From contig CABIKM010000041.1 in NCBI GenBank assembly GCA_902196205.1, forward strand, positions 1-22,456: a stretch of DNA of 22,456 nucleotides, written 5' to 3'. The notes under the pieces were generated by a model. It worked only from the letters and a program-made list of their open reading frames with translations, was not told the DNA's origin and did not search any database. Of the stretch, positions 1-7,207 are shown one piece after another (position 1 is the stretch's first letter; every line of letters starts with the position of its first letter). This DNA comes from Candidatus Methylomirabilis lanthanidiphila. GTDB taxonomy: Bacteria > Methylomirabilota > Methylomirabilia > Methylomirabilales > Methylomirabilaceae. The position numbers and the translations under genes are program-made.

Positions 1-29
1 CGTTCCCCCCTTTTATAAAGGGGGGAACG
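1..29. repeat. 29-bp GC-clamped palindrome CGTTCCCCCC-TTTTATAAA-GGGGGGAACG, followed by direct GGGGATTT repeats at 31-38 and 47-54
   Basis: Read directly: nt 1-10 are the exact reverse complement of nt 20-29, and the loop core TTTATAAA is itself palindromic. Confidence 0.6.
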
Positions 30-1096
30 GGGGGATTTACGTAGAAGGGGATTTCACGGGTGTCGAGAGATCCCAGAAGGAACGGACAACGTATGAAGAG
101 CGCAAGCCGCTCATCTTTTCCCGGGCGTTGGCCGATGCGATCAAGGAAACAGTGACAAAAGGGGAACAGGTCCTGCTATTCGTTAATCGACGGGGTTATG
201 CAAGGGTGTTGCTCTGCCGCGAGTGCGGCTTTACCTTGCGGTGCCCGCATTGCAGCGTCTCGCTCATCTATCATGCGGTGGACGCCAGCATGCGCTGTCA
301 CTATTGCGATCATCGGAAACGACCGCCGGGGCGTTGTCCGCGATGCGACGGGATCGCGTGCGGATGGCTCGGGTACGGGACGCAGCAGGTCGAAGCCGCC
401 GCCCGACTCCTCGCCCCGGATGCGTCCATCGTCAGGATGGATCGCGACACAACGAGGCAACGGCGGGCACATCGGCAGATCCTCAGGGGCATGCAGCAGA
501 GACGCACGCAGATTCTGATCGGGACGCAAATGGTCGGCAAGGGACATGACTTTCCCGGCATTACATTGGTGGGCATCCTCTCTGCCGACGCCTCAATGCA
601 GATCCCGGATTTCAGAGCCGGGGAACGGACCTATGCGCTGCTGACGCAAGTGGCCGGACGGGCCGGCCGCGGGGACCGACCCGGCCACGTCATTGTACAG
701 ACCTACAACCCGGAACATTATTGTATTCTCGCAGCCCGGAATCACGACTATGAAGCGCTGTATAACATCGAACGGCCCCTCCGAGAGAAGCGTGGTCTCC
801 CCCCCTTCGGCTGCCTTATCCTGCTCGTAGTCGCCTCGTCGCATGAGGGGCAGGCGCAAGAGCGGGCCGAGCGGCTCGCCAGCCTACTCGTGGGGCAGGC
901 GGTTTCATCCCTTGCCGTCGAGGGACCCGCGCCGGCGCCGCTCTACCGCCTAAAGGGACGCTATCGCTGGCAGATCCTCGCGAAAGGTCCCGATCCGAGC
1001 ACGCTGCATCACTGGGTCAAAGAGACAATCGCCCAGCTTTCGCCGTCAGAACAGACCGGAATCGAGATTGATGTCGATCCTGTCGATCTGTGTTAG
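1..1096 (+). CDS. priA: Primosomal replication-restart helicase PriA, C-terminal part; the 5' end lies outside the window
   Basis: Frame 2 is open from nt 2, so the ORF-track TTG at 128 is not the real start. PriA hallmarks present: GEQVLLFVNRRGYA; the four-pair Cys zinc module CRECG..CPHCS..CHYCD..CPRCDG; RMDRDTT; ILIGTQMVGKGHDFPGITLVG; LLTQVAGRAGRG; C-terminal RYRWQIL. The first ~40 codons do not look PriA-like (see finding on nt 1-57). Confidence 0.85.
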   Translation, partial: VPPFYKGGNGGIYVEGDFTGVERSQKERTTYEERKPLIFSRALADAIKETVTKGEQVLLFVNRRGYARVLLCRECGFTLRCPHCSVSLIYHAVDASMRCHYCDHRKRPPGRCPRCDGIACGWLGYGTQQVEAAARLLAPDASIVRMDRDTTRQRRAHRQILRGMQQRRTQILIGTQMVGKGHDFPGITLVGILSADASMQIPDFRAGERTYALLTQVAGRAGRGDRPGHVIVQTYNPEHYCILAARNHDYEALYNIERPLREKRGLPPFGCLILLVVASSHEGQAQERAERLASLLVGQAVSSLAVEGPAPAPLYRLKGRYRWQILAKGPDPSTLHHWVKETIAQLSPSEQTGIEIDVDPVDLC

Positions 1097-1106
1097 CATT
1101 CAGCAT

Positions 1107-1144
1107 TCAGCCGTCAGCTTCTCTTGCTGGCTGCTGACCGCTGA
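1107..1144 (+). terminator. Possible priA-distal stem-loop (weak terminator candidate)
   Basis: TCAGCCGTCAGC (1107-1118) pairs with GCTGACCGCTGA (1133-1144) at 11 of 12 positions, with a 14-nt loop. It starts 11 nt after the priA stop. No U-tract follows. Confidence 0.3.
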
Positions 1145-1326
1145 TGGCTGATCGCTAAGCCTTCATCAATTGTCTTTTGATCGGTGATGTATTACAGTAG
1201 CAGCGTCATGACTGGAATGACGGACCGACAGCAGACCAACTCCTGGCTTCATGTGGGCGAATCCCTGGATAGCCTCGGCATTTCAGATCTGAAATTATCC
1301 AGAGCCTCACGGGCTTCCGTCATTCG

Positions 1327-2007
1327 ATGGATGCGCTCTTGCTGGCCCAGTTTGCTGTGCCGCGAACCGCCGACCGGGTTCTTGATCTCGGGTGCGGTAA
1401 CGGCGCGATCGCCTTCCTGCTGGCGCATCGGTACCCGGATCTACGCATTGCCGGGCTGGAGGTCCAGCCTGCTTTGGCTGACCGGGCCCGACGGGGAGCG
1501 CGACTCAATGAGATGCAAGACCGCATCGAGATCGTAGAAGGCGACCTCCGTCAGATCACACACCTGCTGCCGGCGGCGGGTTTTGATATGGTTCTCTGCA
1601 ACCCGCCATATCGGGAGTTAGCCAGCGGGCGTCTCAGTCCGGATCCTGAGATCCGACAGGCCAAGCATGAGCTGACCGCGACCCTTCAAGAGGCGATTGC
1701 GGCTGTCCGATACCTGCTCGCGGCCAAAGGACGGACGTGCCTGATCTACCATACCTCGCGGCTCGTCGACCTGCTGAACGGCCTCAGGGCGGCACGAATG
1801 GAACCAAAGAGGCTGCGGTTGGTTCATTCCTACCCGGGCGCTCAGGCGGAACTGAGCCTGGTTGAAGCGCGACGGGATGCGCGACCAGGGTTACAGATTC
1901 TTACCCCTCTGTTCGTCTATCAGGCGCGTGGCGGCCCTGTATCCCCGGGTATGGAGGCAGTCTATCGTAATCTGAATGCCCCTGATATACGGAGCACAGT
2001 TGCATGA
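1327..2007 (+). CDS. Class I SAM-dependent methyltransferase with NPPY motif (TrmN6/YfiC-like m6A or related); the N-terminus is probably longer (see frameshift finding)
   Basis: SAM-binding motif I VLDLGCGNGAIAF; motif IV FDMVLCNPPY. The stop overlaps the next start (ATGA at 2004-2007). Confidence 0.7.
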   Translation: MDALLLAQFAVPRTADRVLDLGCGNGAIAFLLAHRYPDLRIAGLEVQPALADRARRGARLNEMQDRIEIVEGDLRQITHLLPAAGFDMVLCNPPYRELASGRLSPDPEIRQAKHELTATLQEAIAAVRYLLAAKGRTCLIYHTSRLVDLLNGLRAARMEPKRLRLVHSYPGAQAELSLVEARRDARPGLQILTPLFVYQARGGPVSPGMEAVYRNLNAPDIRSTVA

Positions 2008-2861
2008 GTGGCTATACCATCGCGCTTGCCCAGATGAATCCCGCCCTCGGCGATCTGGAGCGCAACCTCGCCCTGCATGAAGAGGCGGTTGAGGAGGCGA
2101 TCGGCCGCGGCGCGCGCCTGCTGATCTGTCCCGAACTGAGCCTGACCGGATATTTCCTCAAGGATATCGTCTCATCCGTGGCGCTTCCCTTGACCAGTCC
2201 CATCCTCGGCAGACTCAGGGATCTGAGCCGTCGCATCGATCTTGTGATCGGGCTGATTGAGGAGTCGCCCGAACATCTCTTCTATAATGCCGCCCTCTAC
2301 CTCTCCAGGGGCGAGATCAGGCATGTGCACCGCAAGGTGTATTTGCCCACATATGGGATCTTCGATGAGCAGCGGTATCTTGCGGAGGGCAGCCGGATCA
2401 GGACATTTCAAGCGGATATCGGTCGATCCGCGATCCTGATCTGCGAAGACATGTGGCACCCCGCGGCGGCGTATGTTGCCTCCCTCGATGGGATGGGGAT
2501 CCTGATCTCACCATCCGCCAGTCCGGGTCGCGGGGGTCTGGAAGAGGGTCGCACGTTTGCGAACGCCCAGGCGTGGGAGACGATCAATCGGGCCTATGCC
2601 CAGCTCTTCACCTGCTACGTCCTGTATGCGAATCGGGTCGGTTACGAGGATGGGGCCTGCTTCTGGGGCGGCTCAGAGATGATCGCCCCCTCCGGCGAAC
2701 CGGTGGCCAAGGCAGAGTACCTCAGCGAGGCGATCCTGGTAGCCGAAATCGATTCCGCAGAGGTTCGGCGGGCCAGAATGATGAATCCGCTGCTTCGAGA
2801 TGAGCGATTGGATGTCACGCTGCGAGAACTGGAGCGGGTAAAACGGGAGGGGATCAGGTGA
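2004..2861 (+). CDS. Carbon-nitrogen hydrolase (nitrilase superfamily), likely the glutaminase partner of NadE
   Basis: Glu-Lys-Cys triad contexts are present: [37 protein letters not shown] lies 9 nt upstream of the ATG. There is a 4-nt GTGA overlap with nadE. Confidence 0.75.
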   Translation: MSGYTIALAQMNPALGDLERNLALHEEAVEEAIGRGARLLICPELSLTGYFLKDIVSSVALPLTSPILGRLRDLSRRIDLVIGLIEESPEHLFYNAALYLSRGEIRHVHRKVYLPTYGIFDEQRYLAEGSRIRTFQADIGRSAILICEDMWHPAAAYVASLDGMGILISPSASPGRGGLEEGRTFANAQAWETINRAYAQLFTCYVLYANRVGYEDGACFWGGSEMIAPSGEPVAKAEYLSEAILVAEIDSAEVRRARMMNPLLRDERLDVTLRELERVKREGIR

Positions 2862-3679
2862 TCGCACCCTCCTTACACTGCGAACTCGTTCAAGAGATCC
2901 TGACCGGATTTATTGTCAACGAAGTGCGAAAGAGCGGCTTCAGCCGGGTCGTAATTGGGCTCTCCGGCGGGGTTGACTCGGCGCTATCCGCATATCTCGG
3001 GGCCAAGGCGCTCGGTCCGGAGAATGTCTTAGCCCTCCTGATGCCGTACAAAACCAGCAGTCCGGAAAGTCGGGAGCACGCTGAACTGGCGGTAAAGCGA
3101 CTCGGCATCCGATCGGATGTCATCGACATCACGCCGATGGTGGATGCCTACTTCGAACGGTTTCCCGAGTCGGATCAGGTTCGACGCGGCAACAAGATGG
3201 CCCGCGAGCGGATGACCATCCTGTTCGATCATTCGGCTTATTTCAAGGCGCTGGTCCTCGGCACCAGCAACAAAACCGAACTGCTGCTGGGGTACGGCAC
3301 GCTGTATGGCGACATGGCCAGCGCCATCAATCCCTTAGGCGATCTCTACAAGACTCAGGTCCGGCAACTGGCACGTCACATGGGTATCCCGGAGGTTATC
3401 GTCCGAAAGGCACCGAGCGGCGACCTCTGGATCGGCCAGACCGACGAGGCGGAGCTGGGTTTTACCTATGAGGAGGTCGATCGGGTCCTCTATCTGATGA
3501 TCGACCGCCGTTATGAAATCTCCGAGATGGTTGCGGCCGGCTTCGACGAGCATTTCGTCAGGGCCGTTCTCGCCAAGGTCCAGACCTCCCAATACAAGCG
3601 ACGCCCTCCCCTCATCGCCAAGATCTCCGCCCGTACAATCGACCGCGACTTCCGCTATCCTCGCGACTGGGGCAAATAA
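2858..3679 (+). CDS. nadE: NAD+ synthetase, short single-domain form
   Basis: PP-loop [10 protein letters not shown]; [15 protein letters not shown]; [12 protein letters not shown]; C-terminal [12 protein letters not shown] start at 2858 is preceded by GGGAGGGG. Confidence 0.85.
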   Translation: MIAPSLHCELVQEILTGFIVNEVRKSGFSRVVIGLSGGVDSALSAYLGAKALGPENVLALLMPYKTSSPESREHAELAVKRLGIRSDVIDITPMVDAYFERFPESDQVRRGNKMARERMTILFDHSAYFKALVLGTSNKTELLLGYGTLYGDMASAINPLGDLYKTQVRQLARHMGIPEVIVRKAPSGDLWIGQTDEAELGFTYEEVDRVLYLMIDRRYEISEMVAAGFDEHFVRAVLAKVQTSQYKRRPPLIAKISARTIDRDFRYPRDWGK

Positions 3680-3789
3680 CGCCTGCGTAAAGCTGACGCA
3701 GACAGTCACGGATAGCGCCTATACGGCGACACCGCACCCATACAGACCCCACGCCACTGAGGCGGTCGCCAGACCGGCGAACCCCGTCT

Positions 3790-4347
3790 CTATTTAAAGG
3801 CATAGTTGATGTAGACGTGGTACCCCATGAGCAGCAACAGCGCCATGGATAATCCGACATGGGCGATGATCCATAACGGCCTGTACCAAGGCGTGTGGAT
3901 TTGGCCGATTTGGAAATTGAACAGACCGGTGAAGAAGGCCAGCAACAACGTCAGGCTGAGGATTTCGAGATATCCATAGCCCAAGACTTGGGAATGGGTG
4001 AAGAAAGCCAACGGGACCATGGCGCCGAACAGTCTGTGGCGACTCATCATAGTTGCCGCGTTGTGCTTCTCCCCTTGGGCGCGCTTCAAGGAAAAGCGCC
4101 ATTGATAAAGGATAAACGCAAACAATCCGAAGCCTGTAACGAGCTTATACGTATTGTTGTCTTGCAGTCCGGTCAACATGGTCCACTGCCGCCCGGTCGA
4201 TTGCTGAGCAATCAGGGCCGCCAACAGAAACAGACCCAGCCAGAAATATCCTTTAGCGGGCAAACCGGCTCGTAGAGCACCAAGCAGCGACGCCCTGAGG
4301 CGGTTGATGTCTTGCAGAAAGACCAGGCTTTTAACGCGCGAGGGCAA
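3790..4347 (-). CDS. Polytopic membrane protein (4-5 TM helices) with His residues inside the helices; possible b-type cytochrome or DUF4405-like subunit
   Basis: Hydrophobic segments: YFWLGLFLLAALIA, YKLVTGFGLFAFILY, HRLFGAMVPLAFFTH, YLEILSLTLLLAFFTGLF, LWIIAHVGLSMALLLLMGYH. I place the start at TTG 4345-4347, preceded by AAGGAGGGAGGG. That overlaps the upstream gene by 17 nt. The ORF-track start at 4506 would lie inside that gene. The start call is uncertain. Confidence 0.5.
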   Translation of the reverse strand: MPSRVKSLVFLQDINRLRASLLGALRAGLPAKGYFWLGLFLLAALIAQQSTGRQWTMLTGLQDNNTYKLVTGFGLFAFILYQWRFSLKRAQGEKHNAATMMSRHRLFGAMVPLAFFTHSQVLGYGYLEILSLTLLLAFFTGLFNFQIGQIHTPWYRPLWIIAHVGLSMALLLLMGYHVYINYAFK

Positions 4348-5200
4348 AGAACCCTCCCTCCTTGTTCGTTGCGGACCCCAATTGGGGCTTGTCTGCCAGC
4401 ACACTGAGCGCCGCCAAGGTCTGCGGAGCTGTGCGCTTGGCGATTTCTCCCATGAACACCTCAGAGCTCGGCAGGAAATAACCCTCGGCCGGCCAGTGTT
4501 CCCCAATGGCGGGAGGATCAGCGAATTTCCGCGCCTTTTCGAGGTACGCCTCGTAGGTATCCTTGAAGCCTTGGCGTAAGGCAGTGAGTGTCCGGAGCAA
4601 CTCGTCCATGGATATGCTACCGCTCGGGTACATCCACGTGGTCGCGCCCATCACATCATTGAGCTTCCAGTCGTGCTTGGGTGATTGTTCGTGTTTATTA
4701 TGACATTGGATGCAGCCCTCGACAACCGCTATGTCGGCGAACATGGCGACCTGCATTTGAATGTCGGGCATGAAGAAAAACTGCGGCTTGAGGGTTTGCT
4801 TGACCACCTGGAATTTTTCCAATTGCAGCCCCTCGAAGCGATTAGCCGAGTTGACGGGATAGTCCGAACCCAGAAACAGACTCAGCGGGGTCGGGTTCTT
4901 TTCCAGGCTTTTCGCCGTCTCGCGCAGGAACAACGCGGGCAAAGGGCCGGCCTCTACGTCCGCTTCGCGCCAACGTTCATCGAACTTCAACCCGGTCTGC
5001 TTACCCGCGCCGACCACTTCTTTGGTCCACATCGCGCGAACCACGTCGTTTTCCGCCTTGAGAATCTCAAACATCCGTTCTACCGGGATGGCCGCGTCGG
5101 CGGCGGTCTTCTCAGCCAATGGCGGCGGGGCACTGACAAACAGGTAGATGCTTAAGGCGCCCAACGCCAGGCAGGTGATCCAAAACTTTTGTTTAGCCAT
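4331..5200 (-). CDS. Periplasmic mono-heme c protein, Tll0287/DUF3365-like domain
   Basis: Start moved to ATG 5198-5200, giving MAKQKFWITCLALGALSIYLFVSA, a signal-like N-terminus. It overlaps the pentaheme gene stop by 8 nt. There is a single CIQCH motif followed by KLNDVMGATTWMYP, which resembles the family pattern as I recall it. Confidence 0.65.
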   Translation of the reverse strand: MAKQKFWITCLALGALSIYLFVSAPPPLAEKTAADAAIPVERMFEILKAENDVVRAMWTKEVVGAGKQTGLKFDERWREADVEAGPLPALFLRETAKSLEKNPTPLSLFLGSDYPVNSANRFEGLQLEKFQVVKQTLKPQFFFMPDIQMQVAMFADIAVVEGCIQCHNKHEQSPKHDWKLNDVMGATTWMYPSGSISMDELLRTLTALRQGFKDTYEAYLEKARKFADPPAIGEHWPAEGYFLPSSEVFMGEIAKRTAPQTLAALSVLADKPQLGSATNKEGGFFALAR

Positions 5201-5900
5201 CTTGACCTTGACCGTCCTGTTTGGCTTTATAGTGGAGATTTGTGCCGTAAGGAGAAGATCCGCCGTCAAAATAGGCGCGGATCTTCTCCGGCGGCGTTCG
5301 CTTCTCAACCGATTTCTCGATCTGCATGATGTGGTTGCCGTGAAAGTCGTGGCAGCCCAAGCAAGAGTCCCATTGCTTACGGGCGATCAGATCGGCATGG
5401 GGTACATCGATGGGATCTTTCTTCAAACGAGTGTCCTTATGGCAGTTCACGCAGTAGTCGATGGCCGTCAATGTGACCCGTCTGCCCTTGTGCTCAGCGT
5501 GGCAGGAGACGCACTGATGGGGGCGCAGCGTTTCCCGAGCTTGGCTAAAACGGGGTTCAAAGAAGCGGTAGACCGGGTGGCGGTCGTTTGGCCGCTCGTG
5601 ACAGGCCATACAGTCCGCATTACCCACGGGAAGCCGCCCGAAGAAGGCGGGCACTGCGCGCCGACCAAAGGCATGGCGAAGGTTGGCCTGAATCTGCTGG
5701 CGGAAGCTGCCTGGCGCATTTTTGTGACAGGCCGCGCAGCCAAGCTTACTGTGGCCTGTGTTCATGGGTCCTTTAGCGTGAAACCACTCCCCGATGCGAA
5801 GCACCGTAAACGCCGTGATCCCGAGTCCCACACAGAGGCCGACCAGATAGGCGCGGTTTTGCCACGTTCTCGGACCTCCAGCTTTCGCTCCCGTAGTCAC
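5193..5900 (-). CDS. Membrane-anchored pentaheme c-type cytochrome
   Basis: Five CxxCH motifs: CAACH, CMACH, CVSCH, CVNCH, CLGCH. N-terminal TM anchor AYLVGLCVGLGITAFTVLRI. GTG start. Confidence 0.8.
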   Translation of the reverse strand: MTTGAKAGGPRTWQNRAYLVGLCVGLGITAFTVLRIGEWFHAKGPMNTGHSKLGCAACHKNAPGSFRQQIQANLRHAFGRRAVPAFFGRLPVGNADCMACHERPNDRHPVYRFFEPRFSQARETLRPHQCVSCHAEHKGRRVTLTAIDYCVNCHKDTRLKKDPIDVPHADLIARKQWDSCLGCHDFHGNHIMQIEKSVEKRTPPEKIRAYFDGGSSPYGTNLHYKAKQDGQGQDG

Positions 5901-6095
5901 GACCTTAAGCTACGCGTGAGAAACTAATAGTTGATACATGAGACCTTACTCTATTTGCTGAATAACTGATCGGTGACAAAAAATAACCAAGGAACGCTTA
6001 TCCCTTGATGCTGGTCCAACACACATATTGATCCCGACAGCTACGTTCGTTCAACTAAGCCCAACACACGTCTAATGCGCTACCAATCCGGGCTG

Positions 6096-6482
6096 TCACC
6101 GACTTGACGTCCTAGTAAAGCTTCTGATATAGACCACCAGGTCCTTGATCTCGGGCTCGGAAAGCTTTAATTTATACGCGGGCATCCCCCCCTTGCTACC
6201 CTGCTTTATACTTCGAAAGAGGGCGTCATCGGACCGTGCTTGCATATAGGCCAAATCGGTCAAATCTGGCATCTTGAACATAAAAAAAAGTGCCAATGCC
6301 TGAAACCCGTTCCCCTTGCCGGTTGCACCGTGGCATCTGGCACATCTCGCCTCGAAGTTCGACTGTCCGCTTGCCGCGCCTTTGGTTTCCGCACCAAACA
6401 CGGGAGCAGCCTCCACAATGAGCAGCATCATTACCACCAATAACCACTGGCAACAAAGCCGATACAGAACACAAACGCGCAT
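6096..6482 (-). CDS. Class I monoheme cytochrome c, secreted
   Basis: Start moved to ATG 6480-6482, preceded by GGGAGGG plus 8 nt. Signal peptide MRVCVLYRLCCQWLLVVMMLLIVEAAPVFG; heme site CARCHG; distal GGMPAY. Confidence 0.8.
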   Translation of the reverse strand: MRVCVLYRLCCQWLLVVMMLLIVEAAPVFGAETKGAASGQSNFEARCARCHGATGKGNGFQALALFFMFKMPDLTDLAYMQARSDDALFRSIKQGSKGGMPAYKLKLSEPEIKDLVVYIRSFTRTSSR

Positions 6483-6580
6483 CTTAATATCCCTCCCATC
6501 AGTGTGAGTGAGTGGTGAATGATTATGAGCAATGGAATGTAACGAGAACGAAGTAAGGCAGCCTGACAATCTAGACCTAC

Positions 6581-6620
6581 AGAACAGGAGGAGGCCCGCC
6601 ATGGGGCTTCCTCCTGTTCT
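6581..6620 (-). terminator. 17-bp stem-loop between the 95-aa ORF and the cytochrome c gene
   Basis: AGAACAGGAGGAGGCCC (6581-6597) pairs with GGGCTTCCTCCTGTTCT (6604-6620); 16 Watson-Crick pairs plus one G-T position, 6-nt loop. It lies 27 nt downstream of the stop at 6647. No clear U-tract. Confidence 0.45.
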
Positions 6621-6646
6621 GAGAACGGCCGTAGTCACCAAGTCTC

Positions 6647-6934
6647 TCACTCGATCATTTGCAGGACCCGACTCTGGACATGAGAGGCTACTGTCATCAG
6701 CTCATTGCGAAGCTCCTTGCGCTCATCGAGGGCCAGAATCTTATCGAAGTTGCCGAAGTCGCCGACCTCAATCGTCACGATGCGCTCCAATTTGTTAGCG
6801 AGATGATCCCCGTAGACGTGGTACCTCGAGACCCCCGGATTCGAAAGCCAGAACTTCTTCATCTTGCCTGTCAAGAACTCATCTAACGCCTTTTCTTGTT
6901 CCGACTGAACCTCGCACATGATGTGGTAAACCAT
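6647..6934 (-). CDS. Small cytoplasmic protein of unknown function (95 aa); an alpha+beta ferredoxin-like fold is only a guess
   Basis: Clean ORF with AAAGGAGAAAGGGG upstream of the ATG and non-repetitive composition. I recognise no motif. Confidence 0.55.
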   Translation of the reverse strand: MVYHIMCEVQSEQEKALDEFLTGKMKKFWLSNPGVSRYHVYGDHLANKLERIVTIEVGDFGNFDKILALDERKELRNELMTVASHVQSRVLQMIE

Positions 6935-7134
6935 TAGTGTCCCCTTTCTCCTTTCACTTCGAGTTTAAGTTACGGCAGCTTCTTATCGTCCTCTTCGCAC
7001 GCTCAGTCCTTGAAAAGGCCCAACAGAAATGCGCAGCCCTTCAGGTATAACTGCGGTTACAAAACGATCACTTCTCCGTGGGACCCGACGGCTATTGATC
7101 ACATTATTCCGACTGGTTTCACCTCCTATTCTGC

Positions 7135-7172
7135 AACGCCTCCAGTACGCTTCACCGCGTACTGGAGGCGTT
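7135..7172 (-). terminator. Perfect 16-bp stem-loop 36 nt downstream of the nod-1 stop
   Basis: On the - strand: AACGCCTCCAGTACGC-GGTGAA-GCGTACTGGAGGCGTT. No U-tract follows (GCAGAAUAGG). Confidence 0.45.
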
Positions 7173-7207
7173 ACTGGAATGAAGTTGGACTTCTCTATGT
7201 CGGCAGA

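Noticed and set aside
1184-1537. 117-aa + strand ORF as an independent gene
   Set aside because: Most of it is an alternative frame of the methyltransferase. Only its first ~30 codons look meaningful, as the displaced N-terminus of that methyltransferase (see frameshift finding).
4685-5927. + strand ORFs of 156 aa and 259 aa opposite the heme-protein genes
   Set aside because: They are antisense to ORFs carrying six CxxCH motifs and signal or anchor sequences. I found no motifs of their own.
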